The notes under the pieces were generated by a model that was given only the letters and a program-made list of their open reading frames with translations, ran no database searches and had not been told where the DNA came from. Positions 11,641-26,100 of a stretch of DNA of 64,000 nucleotides are shown piece by piece. Source of the stretch: Hypanus sabinus (lineage: Eukaryota). Position numbers and translations under genes: made by a program. Where the stretch lies: contig NC_082721.1 in NCBI RefSeq assembly GCF_030144855.1, positions 44,020,001 to 44,084,000 of the forward strand. The letters run 5' to 3'. Positions within the stretch are counted from its first letter, which is position 1. Every line of letters starts with the position of its first letter.

Positions 11641-12989
11641 TACCTTCATTTTCTGCCAGTCAAAGTGAACAGAAAAGAAATTGAATTCTGATGGAATATG
11701 AAAAGGTACTGGTCTTTGCTCTTTTGCTTCAGCTTGTCTGGGAGCTCCATAGCTTTATGTACAAAATCAATTATTTTGCTCTGTTGTAGCAAGGATATGG
11801 AGACTATGGATAGGAATAGAGGATGTTTATCAGGATGCGGCCTGGATTACAGGGTAGGAACTATAATGAATGCTTGGACAAACTAGGTTTGTTTCATTAG
11901 AACAGCAGTGGCTATGGAGAGAGCCAAAAGAAGTTTATAATTTCAGGATATAGCATAAATACACTGGAAAGTCAATATAATTTTCCTTGGGGTTGAAATG
12001 TCCTGCACTGAACAACATGCATTTTGTTTGAAATCGAGATACAACATGGTACCAGGCCATTCTGGCCCAATGAGCCTCACTGCCCAATTATACACATGTG
12101 ACCAAATTACCTGTTCTCCTGTATATCTTTGGAAAGTGTTTGGAAACTGTACCATCTGGTGGTGATGCAGTGAGCTACAAATTCATTACAGAGTGGCAGA
12201 ATTTAACCCAGGTCACTGGCATTATAATTGTATTACACTAATTCTACACCACTGTGTGAGTGAGAGGAGAGGTTCAGAAGAGAGTTGCAGGAAAGCTGCT
12301 TCTGATGCAGAGATGTTGTGCCTAGAATCTGCTGCCAAAGTTGATCATGGAACCATTTGTAGTCACTGGAAACTGGATAGATGAAATTAAAGTGACATTA
12401 TTACTCGGGAATTTAGTTCATATCAGTGGAAACAGAAAGAGTTAGTTTATTTTTGTCAATGATCCTTGAGAGGGAAAAGAATAAAAATGTCTGAAAATGG
12501 CGAAAGAATACACTCCATTATTTTCAATTTTTATTACTAATTTCCTGCATCTGCATCATGTGTATTTTAAATTGGTGGGTGCAGAGGGTGAGGTGTGAAA
12601 TAGTGAAGAAAACAGAGATGAACTGTGAATCACTTACTGTACAAATGTTCCAGCTGCACATTCAGGTGGGGAGAAATGTGTCATTAATTATGCTGAGAAA
12701 TCTTCCTTAAATTTGCCATGTCCTTCTTGATAGTTCCCCATTTACCCAAGGAATATTCTTGTACAATCCATTTGTCCGGATTAAGTCCAAGCACTCTTGA
12801 AGCTAAGGCTGCAATTCAGCAAGTTATACCAGCGGATTCCACATATACCAAGCAGTGGAAGATGAATGCTGCTAAGGTAGTGAGGCACCACTGCAGTTCT
12901 TTTTGGGTATGATCAGGTTTGTCTGAGTAAAGAGTTCCTGGATTTTGACAAGGCAAAGAAATACTTGCAACTCAAGTACTCATCTTTCT

Positions 12990-15270
12990 ATGCACCTTTT
13001 GCCCGGTTTCTGCTTTAATCACTGCCGGGTCTTCCCAATTCCCTCCAAGCTTCTCCTCCCCGAAGCAGAACTTTCTGTCCTCAGTAGGGGCCTCATCTCA
13101 GTATCCCTGCACCCGCACATCAGTGGGTTCCACACCTCCATGGTGTTGAGCTTTTCTACCGTCGCCTTTGCCTCTGCCTCCGTGCCTTCTTGATTGACAA
13201 AGACTCTCCAGCCTGCACCGATCACACCCTCCTTCCACCTCCAACACACATCTTCTTCCTGAACACCCCGCTCTGGATCATGTTTTTTCTAACTGTTGAT
13301 GGGTCATTAACCATTTTGTAGTTAACACTCCACCCCCCCCAGTTCTAACTTCACTCGCTTTCAATGCACTGCCCTCCACCCTCTCCGCCCAAATCCCAAC
13401 ATCATCAAAGCAGAAGATAAAGGATGGGAGGGCAGTGCTGTAGAAGTCTGGCCAACTGATCTCTAACCCCCACCCCCCTTAGTCTGGGCACCACTCTCAG
13501 ACACTTCCTTTTACTTATCCTTCAAACAACCCCACTACAGAGCACCAGGCCATTGTCTCCCACACCATCCTTATTGACTCCAGGGATCTCCCATCCACTG
13601 CCACCATCCTCATAATTACCTTACCCCGCATCTCCAGTCCATAACTTCTACCTGGGTTCTATAAATCTGACTGTCAAGGTAGACCCATTGTTTCTGCCTA
13701 CTCTTGCTCACTGAACTTGTGTCTGCGTCTCTCAACTCTCTTTTCTGCCCCTTAGTTCAATGCATAAACCTACATTACTGACACTTCATATGCTCTTGAT
13801 CTTTGCAATGACATTAAGCTCTATGGCTCTGAGTACCCCATCTACCCACCTCCACAGCAGTGATGTGGTTCCTTGTATCCGTGCCTTCCACACCTCCACA
13901 TCCAGCGCATTATGCACCGTGAGTTACAACATATCCAGTGTGATCAAACCACCAGGCAGATGTTTCCCTCAACATGCACCCACCCCCCAATGTTCCATTT
14001 TCCACAAGAATCACTCCCTGCATGAGTCCCTTGTCTACTCATTCATCGCTACTGATCTTCCTCCTGGCACTTACTCTTGCAAGCAGAATAAGTGCCACAC
14101 CTGCCCCTACACATCCTCCCTCATGGCCATTCAGGGCCCCAATCAATCTATAATGGTGTAGTAACACTTTACATACAAGTTTGTTGGGTTCTTACACTGT
14201 GTTCAGTGCTCTGAGTGTAGCCTCCTAAATGTTGGTGAGACCCAACGTAGATTGGGAGACTGCTTCGCTAAGCAAATTTACACTGTCTGCGACAAAATGC
14301 TTGATCTCCCAGTGGCCACCCATTTCAATTCTCTTTCCCATTCCCACTCTGTCAGTCCATGGCCTCTTCCACTGCCACAATGAGGCCATATTCAGGTTAG
14401 CAGAGCAACTCATTTAATCCATCTGATTAGCCTCCAACCTGACAGAACAAATATCAGTTTCTCTAACCTCTGCTAATTGCCTTCTTACCCACCTTCACAT
14501 TTCCCCATTCCTACTTATTGCTCTCAACATCTACTGACATGCCCCATCACCTCCCTCTAGTGCTCACCCCTTCCCATTCTACTATGAAGTTTTGTCCTCT
14601 CTGATCAGAATCAATGGTTCAATAGTTCCATTTAATATCAGAGAATGTATACAACCTGAAATTCTTCCTCTTCGCAGATATCCACCAAACAGAAAAAAAT
14701 CTGCAAATAATGCATGACAGGAAAATGTTAGAACCCACGTATACCTCCCACACACATGCAGGTGCCAAAACGTGAACCCTTTCCCTACCTTCCTCTGCAA
14801 AAGCATTACCCCCCCCCCCACACTACCCGCCATGCAAGCCATCACAAAGCTGCCAGTGACACCATGATCCACAGTGCATCAGGAAACTATTGTTCATCCC
14901 AATAAATTGACATCCACAGGCTCCTCTCACTTTTGAGAGAGAGAGAGAGGGAGACCAATAGTTCACTGTTTGATATTACAGTCCACAGGGCCCCTTGTTC
15001 AGCCCTATATCTCTTTGTCCAATCAACTTCCAGCTCTTTAACTTCTCCCCATTTCCCGGATTCACCTATCACCTGTCAGCTTGAACTTCTTCCTCCGGTC
15101 CCTAACTTTTTTTGACTTCTTCCCTTGTCTTCTAGTTCCAATGAATGGTCTCAGTGCAAAACATTGACTGCTTACTCTTTTTCATTGATGCTGCCCGACT
15201 TGCTGAGTTCCTCCAACATTCTGTGTGTATTGCTTTGGATTTCCAGCATCTGCAGATTTTCTTGCATCTG
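12990..15270 (+). mobile_element. Penelope-like element relic (RT N-terminus, GIY-YIG endonuclease, tail)
   Basis: EAELSVLSRGL at about 13060; PPGTYSCKQNKCHTCPYTSSL at about 14060, followed by C-x-x-C, LxVGETQRRLGD and PVATHFNS remnants; degenerate hammerhead tail at about 15135-15170. Confidence 0.85.
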
Positions 15271-17429
15271 TTTGGCCTGACACAAAATGGGGAGTTACCT
15301 ATCATACCGAGTACTGTCCCATCAGAATGAAACTGATTATCAGCAGGAGCATGGAAATGCTTGTCACCAACACCCATAAATAATGTATCGGTGCCTGGTG
15401 TGTGATGTGTGCAAATGTGGTAATGAGAAATGTGATAGAAATATAGTCCAATTGCTGAATTCCAGAGACGAGGCAAGAGTGACAGGCATTAACCTTAAAG
15501 CAGAATTGACTGAGCAGCATCTTGGATGGTTGTGAATATTATGTTGATTTTAAGTATACAAAGACTTTCCAAAGCTTGGGCTTGGAAACTCACTTGCTGC
15601 TCAGAAACATGTTCTCTCCTGGTGGGAGCTTTGGCTCTTTGAAATGAAATGTTACAATGTTTTGATTATGTGATGGTAGTGAGTCAAATAGGGGGTGTTT
15701 TCACTTTCCATCTTGTTTTCTATAATGCACTTCTCTGCGTACAGAACCTTGCTCATTCTCTCCTGTTTGTTCTACAATATATTCTCATAAGTATACATGT
15801 AATATTGGGTTCTGTATTCATAAATTGCATTGCAATCTCTTTCACACATCAGCATTGAGACTCGTATCTAACAATGGTTGTGTCCACGAAATACATCGTT
15901 TTTAAGAGGGGAGGGAATTCTATCAGTAAGAATTAGTTTGCTAGAATAGTCTAGATCAAGATTTTCCAGCCAGGGTTCTGCGAGAGGTCACTAGGGTTCT
16001 GTGAGAGATGGTAATAAATGAAAAATAAACCAACATTTTTTGAACCACTTGACCTGTGATGCTGGTGTTAAAGTTAAAGTTGAATAAAACTCGGGAGACC
16101 ACCTTCTTATAATTACAACAGTTTACTGTGCACCCTCCTGCAGGAGTTTGAGACCCAGTAGTCAAAGGGAAGGCAAATAAGTACTGCCACCATCCGACAG
16201 AGTGGACCCACCCTCTCCAGTTACAGCTGTATATTTACACATAGTAAGCCCCATACGTTACTGTTGCAATGAGTCTTTTGATCTGGTATGTCCACCAAGT
16301 CTGTTGGTGCGAAACTTAGTTACGGATAAGAGAATCTGCTAGATTAAGGCTTAATTACATATGGATGTGCTGTCCAGTCCTTACGAGTTATTCCCTTTGC
16401 TAGGCCCTGACATAATTCCAGATGGAAGTTCATTCCTGTCCTTATTGGTGAGTCCTCTCTCCCTACGCAAATGAGGGTGCAATGTGCAATGTTATCAAAC
16501 TCTCAATGTCTCTCTGCAAACCAAGGGAGAACCAGTATAAGCCAGTTTTAGCTAACTGCTGAAGACAGAGTTTACTTCAGTTCCAATTCAGGCCCAATTA
16601 TTCTTTTAGCTAGAGGTTACATAGGTTCAAAATGATTTTTTTTAGATCCCCAATTCCTCACTGGCACTTATAATGGTAAGCAGTAACCGAGCTGCCCTGT
16701 TTGCAATCTCATTAGAGGTTTCTTAGTCCGGTATGGCAGTACGCAGTGGGACCGTGTTTATTCAGTTCACTCCATTCTCAGCTGTTCACTCAAGATCGGG
16801 GAGAACTGTTGATAGTTGGTGAGTATTGTATTGCACGGAGGGAAGGACAGTAGGCCAATGAGCAGTGTGAAGTGCGTAGTCCAAGAATTCAATTGACTTG
16901 CCAATTTTTATAGTTTATTAACCGATCTGACTTACAGACATTTCTGACAGGCCAATGTGGCAATTTTTTAATTACAATCTTCTGAGTAATTTAATTGGAG
17001 TCATGCAACAACCAACACAAAAAAGTTCATGTTTGCAATAAAGCTCCTTATTAATGGGTTTTACATGGCCTGGTGAGCCAGGCTGTCGTATTCCATTGTG
17101 CCTCATCTATGGCCAACAATTTATAAATTCAGAAGTGGCTGCAGCAAAATTGAAAAGACACTTAACCACAAATCACAGCCATATGACATGTAAAAGTGTT
17201 GGTTATTGGAATCTCAAAACAAAAACAGTTAAACTTTTGCTAATAAATTCACAATCTTTAAAAGGGCTCAGGAAGCAAGTTATTTATTTGCAGAATTTAT
17301 TATCTAGAAAAGGAAAAGCCACACAGTTGCTGAGAAGCTAATAATGCCAGCATATAAAATTATCGTAAGTGTAATGCTGTAGCAGTTGCAGTATGAGAAA
17401 TTGAAAAGGTTTCACACTCGATGATGTTG

Positions 17430-18360
17430 GCTATTTCTACGATGATTGGGAGGGAAGAAGAGTCCTCAGAAGCGAAGGCACGCTCGTTGTTGACTGTAGA
17501 ATTGTGGATCTGCAGACTGGAGCAGTCGGGACACGATAGCAGCTGGGATGCGGATGCTTGGGTAGTCGGATAATTCCTGCATCTCCTCTTAACTTTAACA
17601 GCCACACTTCTGGAATCCGCAATATTGTTGTCTGCCCCGTGGACTAGCACTCTCCAGCAGACTCTGTCACAAGACAGCTGCTGTCTCTCTTTGACCTCGA
17701 TATTTGCCGGAAGGAGCTGCTGCTCTAGTTGTTCTTTGTACCTCTTGCATGGGACACTATGATCTCTCTAGCCCTGAGAGTGTTCTCCACAGAGTACTGG
17801 TTTAGATAACCTGGAGTTGTCCATGTGAGACACGTAGTCTGGCCACCAGAGCTGCCTGAGCAACAAATTGAGCCTTCTCCAGGACCTCGTTGTTGGAGAC
17901 AGGATCTTGCCAGCAGATACTTATCATGGAGTGCAGGCAGCCCTGATGGAAGCACTCGATCAACCAGATTTGCTCGCGATACAAGACCCAGGGTTGTGAA
18001 CCGTATAGCAGTGTTGTGATGACTGCAGCACTGTACATATGAATTTTTGTGGACAGCCATAGCTGGTGGTTATTCCATGCACTTTCCTGGAGGCAGCCGA
18101 AGGCACTGGTAGCTGTGCCAATTTTACTGTTTTTGTCCCTTCCTGCCGTAGCATCCGTGGAAATGTCACTACCCAGGTAGCTGAACTGCTCAACTGTGGA
18201 GAGAGGGTGTTCGTCAGTGTTGATCCCAGATGTACTGTAAACGCCATGAGGGGGCTTCTGATGGAAGATCATTGATTTCTTCAGACTGACTGTTCACCTG
18301 AAAGCCCTTGTAGCCTTAGCGAACTGAGTGACTGCAGCCTGTAGTGCAGTGTTCACCAAC
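17430..18360 (-). mobile_element. RTE-BovB-like LINE 3' fragment
   Basis: FSYLGSDIS...SAFGCLQESAWNNHQLWLSTKI..YSAAVITTLLYGSQPWVLYR...FHQGCL...WQDPVSNNEVLEKA is a BovB-type RT C-terminus. Confidence 0.8.
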
Positions 18361-18536
18361 CTATCAATTGCTATCAACTGGTCAAACTTTGAGACTTTCC
18401 CAGTAGATCCCGAAAATAAATGAAAAATAAATACACAAATACTGTTGAGAGATTGTTTCAGGGTTGTGGGGTTTTAGTTCCTTTCTTCCTGCCGAGTGTG
18501 CGTGCATGTAGCTCCCCCGCACTACACAGTGCATTT

Positions 18537-19214
18537 CAGGGGTCCCCAACCACCGGGCCAGGAGGAAACTATATAAGACAGCTGCCCTTTCCTCATTCCC
18601 TGTCACGCCCACTGTTGAACTTGAATACACGTGAGGTCATCAGTCGCTTAAACGCTACCGCACTGCGATCTACTGAAACAAATTATTGTCGGTCGATACA
18701 TCCTACACGGGGGGGGGGGGGCGGGCATGTGTCCTGTCGCACTCCTCGCTTGTTTGGTCGGTCACTCTCTCCAGACAGTGACTGCTGCGGCCCCGGTACG
18801 GGGACCTCCGGCCCTTAACTTCTGCTCTCACCCCACCCACGACCAGCCACACCTGGCCAACACCAGGTCTGGTGGCAGGCGGGCAGGAAGCTGGAGCTCG
18901 GCCCGGAGACTGTCTAATGAGGCAATGAAACCCTCAAAACTGCATTGGCACATTGAGTCCAAGCACCCTGCACTTAAAGACAAACCCGTTGGGCATTTTT
19001 CCAGTGGAAAAAAAAACGTGAGCAAGCGGGACAGCAGCTAAATGCTGAAAGCCACAAAAACTAAATTGTGGAATAGACTGGACATAAGGAACCGCCTTCC
19101 AGTATTGCTGTATTCCTGTCATGTTTAACACCACCCTGCCCCCTGTCCGTCGGTCCACAAGAATATTGTCAATATTAAACCGGTCCGCGGTGCGAAAAAG
19201 GGAGGGCATCCCTG
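18537..19214 (+). mobile_element. Non-autonomous hAT Charlie element
   Basis: Begins CAGGGGTCCCCAACC; ends AAACCGGTCCGCGGTGCGAAAAAGGGAGGGCATCCCTG (degenerate TIR); internal RLSNEAMKPSKL..HIESKHPALKDKP remnant. No clean 8-bp TSD. Confidence 0.7.
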
Positions 19215-19418
19215 GTGGTTATACATTATTTCTACTTCCGGGTCGTGGTGTTTTACTTCCGGACTTTTCTGCCGCAGTGTGCATGCGTGTAGCTAATTGA
19301 TCCTGGATAGATCTTGCCTTTTACTAGGCCGAGGTAGGGGATCTTGGGCTTAAACATGTTGGTGACCACTATGTACTGTGTCCTTTGTGTGCATGAGTAT
19401 AGCACTTTCATCTGCATA

Positions 19419-20470
19419 CAGTGACATGGAAAAGTTTGGGCATCCCTGGTCAACATTTCTGTTACTGTGATTAGCTAAGCAAGTAAAAGATGAACTGATA
19501 TCCAAAAGTCATAAAGTTAAAGATGATACATTTCTTTAATATTTTAGGCAAGCAAGCTTATTTTATTTCCATCTTTTACAGTTGCAAAGTAACAAAAGAG
19601 GAAAAGGGCCCGAAGTAAAAGTTTGAGCACCCTGCATGGCTGTACTTATTAACGCCCCGTTTGGCAAGTACCACAGCTTGGAAACGCTTTTTCTAGCCAG
19701 ATCAGCATTCTGTAATTCTTGTTTGGGGGACTTTAGCTCCTTCTTCCTTGCAAAAGGCTTCTTGTTCTGAGACTCTTGGGCTGTCTTGCATGCATTGCTC
19801 TTTTGAGTTCTCTCCACAGATTCTCAATGATGTTAAGGTCAGGGGATTGTGAGGGCCATGGTAAAACCTTCAACTTGCGCCTCTTGAGTTAGTTCTTTGT
19901 CGATTGTGAGATGTGTTTAGGATCAATATCCTGTTGTAGAAACCATCCTCTTTTCATCTTCAGCTTAAACCTTCAACTTGCGCCTCTTGAGGTAGTCCAT
20001 TGTGGATTGTGAGATGTGTTTAGGATCATTATCTTGTTGTAAAAACCATCCTCTTTTCATCTTCAGCTTTTTTACACGCGGTGTGATGTTTGCTTCCAGA
20101 ATTTGCTGGTATTTAATTGAATTCATTCTTCCCTCTACCAGTGAATGTTCCCCATGCCACTGGCTGCAACACAAGCCCCAAAGCATGATCTATCCACACC
20201 CATGCTTAATGGTTGGAGAGGGTTCTTTCAATGTAAAACTGCAGACTATTTTCTCCAAACATACCTTTGCTTATTGTGGCCAAAAAGTTCGATTTTAACT
20301 TCATCAATCCACAGGATTTGTTTCCAAAATGCATCAGGTTTGTTTACATGTTCCTTTGAACCTTTTGAAAAGAACATTTTACCGTTTGGAAATCAGTTTA
20401 TCTTTTACTTGCTTTGCTATTCACAGTAACAGAAATTTGACACGGTGTGTCCAAATTTTGCATGCCACTA
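19419..20470 (-). mobile_element. Internally deleted Tc1 transposon
   Basis: About 50-bp inverted repeats (CAGTGACATGGAAAAGTTTGGG...TTTCTGTTACTGTGA) flanked by TA; transposase fragment GRMNSIKYQQILE...FLQQDNDPKH. Confidence 0.9.
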
Positions 20471-21409
20471 TATAGTAGCTTGAAAATGGGTTCCTGCTTT
20501 TTCTTTGGGTGAGAATGCAGCCACTCTCAAGCAGCACAATAGTTCATCGTATTGATTGCATGTCACATGTTCCTGAAGAGGATTTGTGTAATAAACTGAA
20601 AAACAACAGCTTCTCTATCCAGGTCAATGAGCCAACAGATTTCACCAATATATATAATGTAATAACATTTGTAAGCTTTGCAAATAATGGGGAAATTCAA
20701 GAAAATAATTCCTGTTGCAAAGCGCTGCCCGGAGCAAGCAAAAGACAAGATATGTTTAAAGTTTTGTCTTTATATTTCAAAACAAATGTCCTGTCTTGGA
20801 AGAACTGTGTGTTGCCAGTACTGATGGTGTCCCATCAATGGCTCCCACCTTGAGAGGTTTGTTTCTCTTGTCCATGAACAAAAAAAAAATGCACTGATTT
20901 TGTCACAAAGACGTACTGATGTCAAAAAGTTTTGAAGATGAAATGAAATTCTGGATGATGTTCCAAAAGTTGTTAACTTTATTAAGGAAAAATTGTTAGC
21001 TTTATTAAATGAAGACCAGTTCACTCGATAATGTTATAATAATTTTATAATAATAACATACTGTGTGAAAACTGGGACAAAGAGCAGACCAATCTCCTGT
21101 ATCATATAGAAATCTGGTGGCTTAGAGTTATCAACAGGATGTTTCATCCAAACGATGAATTGCAGCTCTATTTTCAAGAAAATAGTCTGCCAGATTTTGG
21201 TGAGTGCTTTAAAGAATTAGAATGGCCACAGAAACTAGCCTGGCGGAGTTTCAAGATGGTGACATAGACATCTGCCTTTTAGGCGCTGTTCATTTTTTAA
21301 ACTATAATCACCCTTTAATCAAAACTTTTTGTACTTAATTACATGGGTTGATATTTACGATTTACTTCTTTTCTAAAATAATACTTGATTTAATCTTTTC
21401 AAACTTAAA

Positions 21410-22213
21410 ATGTCTGTATCTAAGAAATCGTCTAAAGACCCTCTATCTCTTGATGCAATCTTTAGTCTTCTGGACACTAAACTTGCAAGTCTGGAAAATA
21501 AACTTACTGCGAAAATGTCTGAGCTTGAAGAAGTCGTTAGATCGTTTGATACCAAGCTTCAATCGCAGGCAGCAGATATTGAATGGCATGAAGAAAAGTT
21601 TGCGACTCTTGACAAGTTAATTTGTGAAAAAATACGTACAATTTAAACATTGGAGCAGAAGGTACGGTCGACTGCTAAAATAGTGGAGCAGAATATGTTT
21701 AAAATCACCGATCTTGAAAACTGATCTCGCAGACAGAACTTGCGTATTATCGGATTTCCCGAAAATGTTGAGTCTGGTGACTTAACTGAATATTTCTCTA
21801 ACTTATTGTGGGAAATTTTTGGCGAGGACGCTTTGCGGGCTAAACCTACTATTGATCGTGCCCACAGAGTTTCGAGATTTTCGATCTCGAGAGACAAGCC
21901 ACGAGCTGTGATTGTCCGTCTCCATTATCCTCGGGAGAAAGAGCTTTTAATTTGATTAGCTCGTCAGAAAGGTATGATTTCTCACAGAAGCAACAAGTTT
22001 CGTATTGTTGAAGATTATTCATTCGAGGTGATGAGGGCTAGAATCGCTTTTAAACCAGTGATGGCAGAGATTCATTCGATTGGACTTAAACAAGCTTTAA
22101 GATACCCAGCGAATCTCAGAATTACGTTGAGTGACGACAGTCAGCGATTCTTTAATACTCCGGAGGAAGCGAAAAAATTCATTGAAGAATGTCGGTCTTC
22201 TAGTACAAGTTGA
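21410..22213 (+). pseudogene. L1 ORF1 (disrupted)
   Basis: Coiled coil, then SRRQNLRIIGFPE, IDRAHRV, PRAVIVRLH, LRYPANLRIT, FNTPEEA; internal stops/frameshift. Confidence 0.85.
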
Positions 22214-23169
22214 ACTATGTGTTATGTTGAAGAATTTTTGGAGAGAAGATGCCATTTCGTTTTAGGCTTTAACTTATGAAGCTGCGTTATAGCTTTTTAC
22301 TTTGGTCTGTAGACCTGTTTTTTTTTTATTATCATGATTTACAGATGCTCTTTTAATTTTACTATAATGTCTTTTTTCTTAATTTTTATTCCCTCTGGAT
22401 TGGATATACACGTTAAGACTTTGTAATAATGATTTATTTTTTATGATGTCATTTCTTCTTCCCATAAGACTTTGCTTTCCGTAAGCGTTTATTTGCTTGT
22501 ATTTGAGAATGGGACGAATGTTATGAATTTTTGGACCTTTTTTTTTATATATTGTAGTGGTTATTGAATCCTTTTTTAAACTTATATTGATGACCTTTTT
22601 TAAAATTTTTTTTTAACAGATTGGTGAATTTACATTTATATTCTGTAATATGGTCTTTTCAAAATGTCGTTTCTTCTTCCCATAAGTCTGTTTTTGAAAC
22701 GTCATTTTCTTATATTTGAATATGGAATCTTTTTTTAAAGGCATAGTACACTATTTTAAACTTCAATGTTTATCTTTTTTTATTAATGATCTTTTGCTTT
22801 TTTATATTATTTTTTCATTTTGATTGATATATATTCTTTCTTTTTACAACCCTGTATTTATATCTGGGTGTTATATAGTCTCTTTTTTTTCTTTTCATGG
22901 AGTTGCCATCTTGAAAATGGGGGTAATATTAGTATTAGTTTGTGCGCCTGCCGCTTGACTTTTTTTCGTGGGGTTGGGGGAGGGGGTAGGGATCTTTTTT
23001 CACGCTTTTGCTTTTTATTTTTTTGCTTTTAGTTTATGGGCCGACTTTAAATTATTAATATTGTTGAGGTGTCATGTTCTCCGGTTGCTCCTGAATCATT
23101 TTTCCTTCTTCCTGAATTATGGGTTATGTGTCTTTTTAACCTTTTATGATATATACAATTAATATTGGC

Positions 23170-26100
23170 ATGATGGATAAGTCTATTAACTTTATCTCTT
23201 GGAATACTAATGGTTTAAATCATCCGATTAAATGTAAAAAAATATTTAAAGTATTCCATAGACTAAATGCTAATATTATCTTTGCACAGGAGACCCATAT
23301 TAGGAGGGAGGATAATCAACGCTTTTTTAGGTTCTGGAAGGATCAACAATTTCGCTCGAATTGTACCGCCAAAATTAGGGGTGTGTCTAATTTTTATAGA
23401 CCCCTCAATCTTGTTTACACATCATGAAATTATTTCTGATCTACAGTTGTTGATAACTGGTTCACTTTTTAATCGAAAAGTGGTGCTAGTTAATATTTAT
23501 GCTCCAAACTTTGACTGCCCTGAATATTTTAAACGTTTATTTACTTCCCTTCCTAATCTAAATGAATATATGTTGATAATGGGTGGAGATTTCAATTGTT
23601 GTCTGAATCCTTTGATGGATAGATCTAAACCTATTTGAATTCATCCGAATAGATCAGCCTTACTTATAAATTCCTTTATGGTTGATTCGGGAATTACTAA
23701 AATATGGCGGTTTTTGAACCTTAAAGATAAAGAATTTTCATTTTTCTCACATGTATATCACAGTTATTCTAGAATTGATTATTTCCTTATTGATCATCGT
23801 TTATTAACAGATGTTACTGATTGTAAATATGATTCTATTGCCATTTCGGATCATGCACCTTTGAAGTTATCTATCAAGATTTCGGACTCTTCCAATAATA
23901 CTAGATCTTGGAGACTTAACGCTACTTTGCTTCAAGATCCAGAATTTATCACCTTCATAAAACAGCAAATTGACTTGTTTTTCTCAACAAACTATACTGA
24001 AGAGATTGACAGAGGAATACTTTGGGACTCTTTTAAGGCTTTTATCCGTGTACAAATGATCTCATATTCCGTTGGTAAAAGAAAACAAAGATATTTAGAT
24101 ATTGCTTTATTAGTGGATAAAATTAAAGAAATTGATAAGATTTATTCCGTGACTCCTACCATAGAACTTTATAAGAAGAGAGTTGAGCTTCAAATGGAAC
24201 ATAGCTTATTATTATCTTCTTCAATTGAGAATCAATTAATTAGGACCAGGGCTCAATTTTATATTCATAGTGATCAAACTGGTAAGTTGTTAGCTAACCA
24301 ATTAAAAGCTATTTCGACTAAGCAACAAATTATTAAAATTTGTAAACAAGACGGTAATCGGACTACTGATCATAAAGAAATCAATAACACTTTCCAAGAT
24401 TTTTATAAATCTTTATATTAATCAGAATTTGATGGCGATCTGTCCATGATGGATAATTTTTTTAACAATTTGAACATTCCCAAACTGACAGATGAAGATC
24501 GTAGCTTGTTCGATGCTCCTATCTCTATGGCCGAAATAGGAGAGGCTACCTCATCAATGAATTCAGGGAAAGCTCCTGGTCCTGATGGTTATATTATAGA
24601 ATTTTTAAAAACTTTTTCTTCTTTGCTTTCCCTTGGTTATGTGAAATCTTTAATGATGCATTTGCTAAGAAGAGATTACCCCAGTCTTTTTATGAAGCTA
24701 CTATCTCTCTAATTCTTAAAAAAAGATAAGGATCCTACTTTATGTGCATCTTATCACCCTATATCGCTATTAAATGTAGACTCTAAGATTCTTACAAAAA
24801 TTTTAGCTATTAGGTTAGAAAAGTTACTATCACGGATTATTTCAGAAAATCAAACTGGTTTTATTAAGAATCGGTATTCCTTTTTTAATGTTAGAAAATT
24901 GATTAATATATTTTATACTTTATCACCCACAACCCCAGAATGTGTTATTTCATTAGATGCTGAAAAAGCTTTTGATAGAGTTGAATGGGCATACTTATTT
25001 AATGCTTTGAGAAATTTTAATTTTAGTCCTAATTATATATCATGGATTAAATTAGTATATTATAAACCTGTTGCTTCTGTTCTTACAAATAATTACAGAT
25101 CCTCTTTTTTTCAATTATCTCATGGTACGAGACAAGGTTGTCCCTTAAGTCCTTTATTATTTAATAACGCATTAGAACCTTTATCCATTGCTATTCGTGA
25201 ATCTCCTAATATTTTTGGTATTACCCGTAATGAGAAGTTATACAAGTTATCACTTTATGCTGATGACTTGTTGTTATATATTTCTGATCCTGACAGGTCT
25301 ATTCCCGCTATTTTATCCTTGTTGGCTCAATTTGGTAGTTTTTCTGGTTATAAACTAAACTTGGATAAGAGTGAATTATTCCCTTTAAACGCGCAAACTT
25401 TATTGAATGACAGGATACCATTTAAAGTTGTTACTGATAACTTTATCTATTTAGGTATAAAAATTACCAAGAAATATAAAGATTTATTCAGACTGAATTT
25501 TTTACCTATGCTTCATCAAATTCAACAACTTACTACAAGATGGTCTCCCTTATCCTTATCATTAGTTGGTCAGATTAATACTATTAAAATGTTGATTTTA
25601 CCGACATTTTTATATTTATTTCAAGCCTTACCAATTTTTATTCCTAAATCTTTTTTGGTAACATTGATTCAAAAATTTCCTCATTTGTGTGGCAAAATAA
25701 AAATCCCAGGTTAAGTAAAAGGCAATTACAAAAATCTAAAAAAGATGGTGGTTTAGCTTTACCTAACTTTAGATTTTACTATTGGGCGAATAATATTCGA
25801 AACTTAATATATTGGAAATTAGATTTGGATTCACCATTGTGCCCACAGTGGGTAAATTTAGAATGCAATGATGCACAGGGATATTCTCTATTCTCCGTTC
25901 TTGCTTCTTCTCTTCCTGCTGATTTAGTTAAATTCAATAAACAGATATCCAACCCTATTGTGAAACACACGTTATGAATTTGGTTTCAATTTCGTAAGTT
26001 TTTTACTCTGAAAAACTTTGTTCTTGATAGCCCTATCTTACTTAACTTCTTTTTTAAACCTTCTTTGACAGATCAATCTTTTAGCATATGGAAAAGGAAA

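Noticed and set aside
22214-23170. Long T-rich spacer between L1 ORF1 and ORF2 (also 32990-33790) as a separate element
   Set aside because: Long inter-ORF spacers are ordinary in non-mammalian L1s, and both are enclosed by the L1 TSDs.
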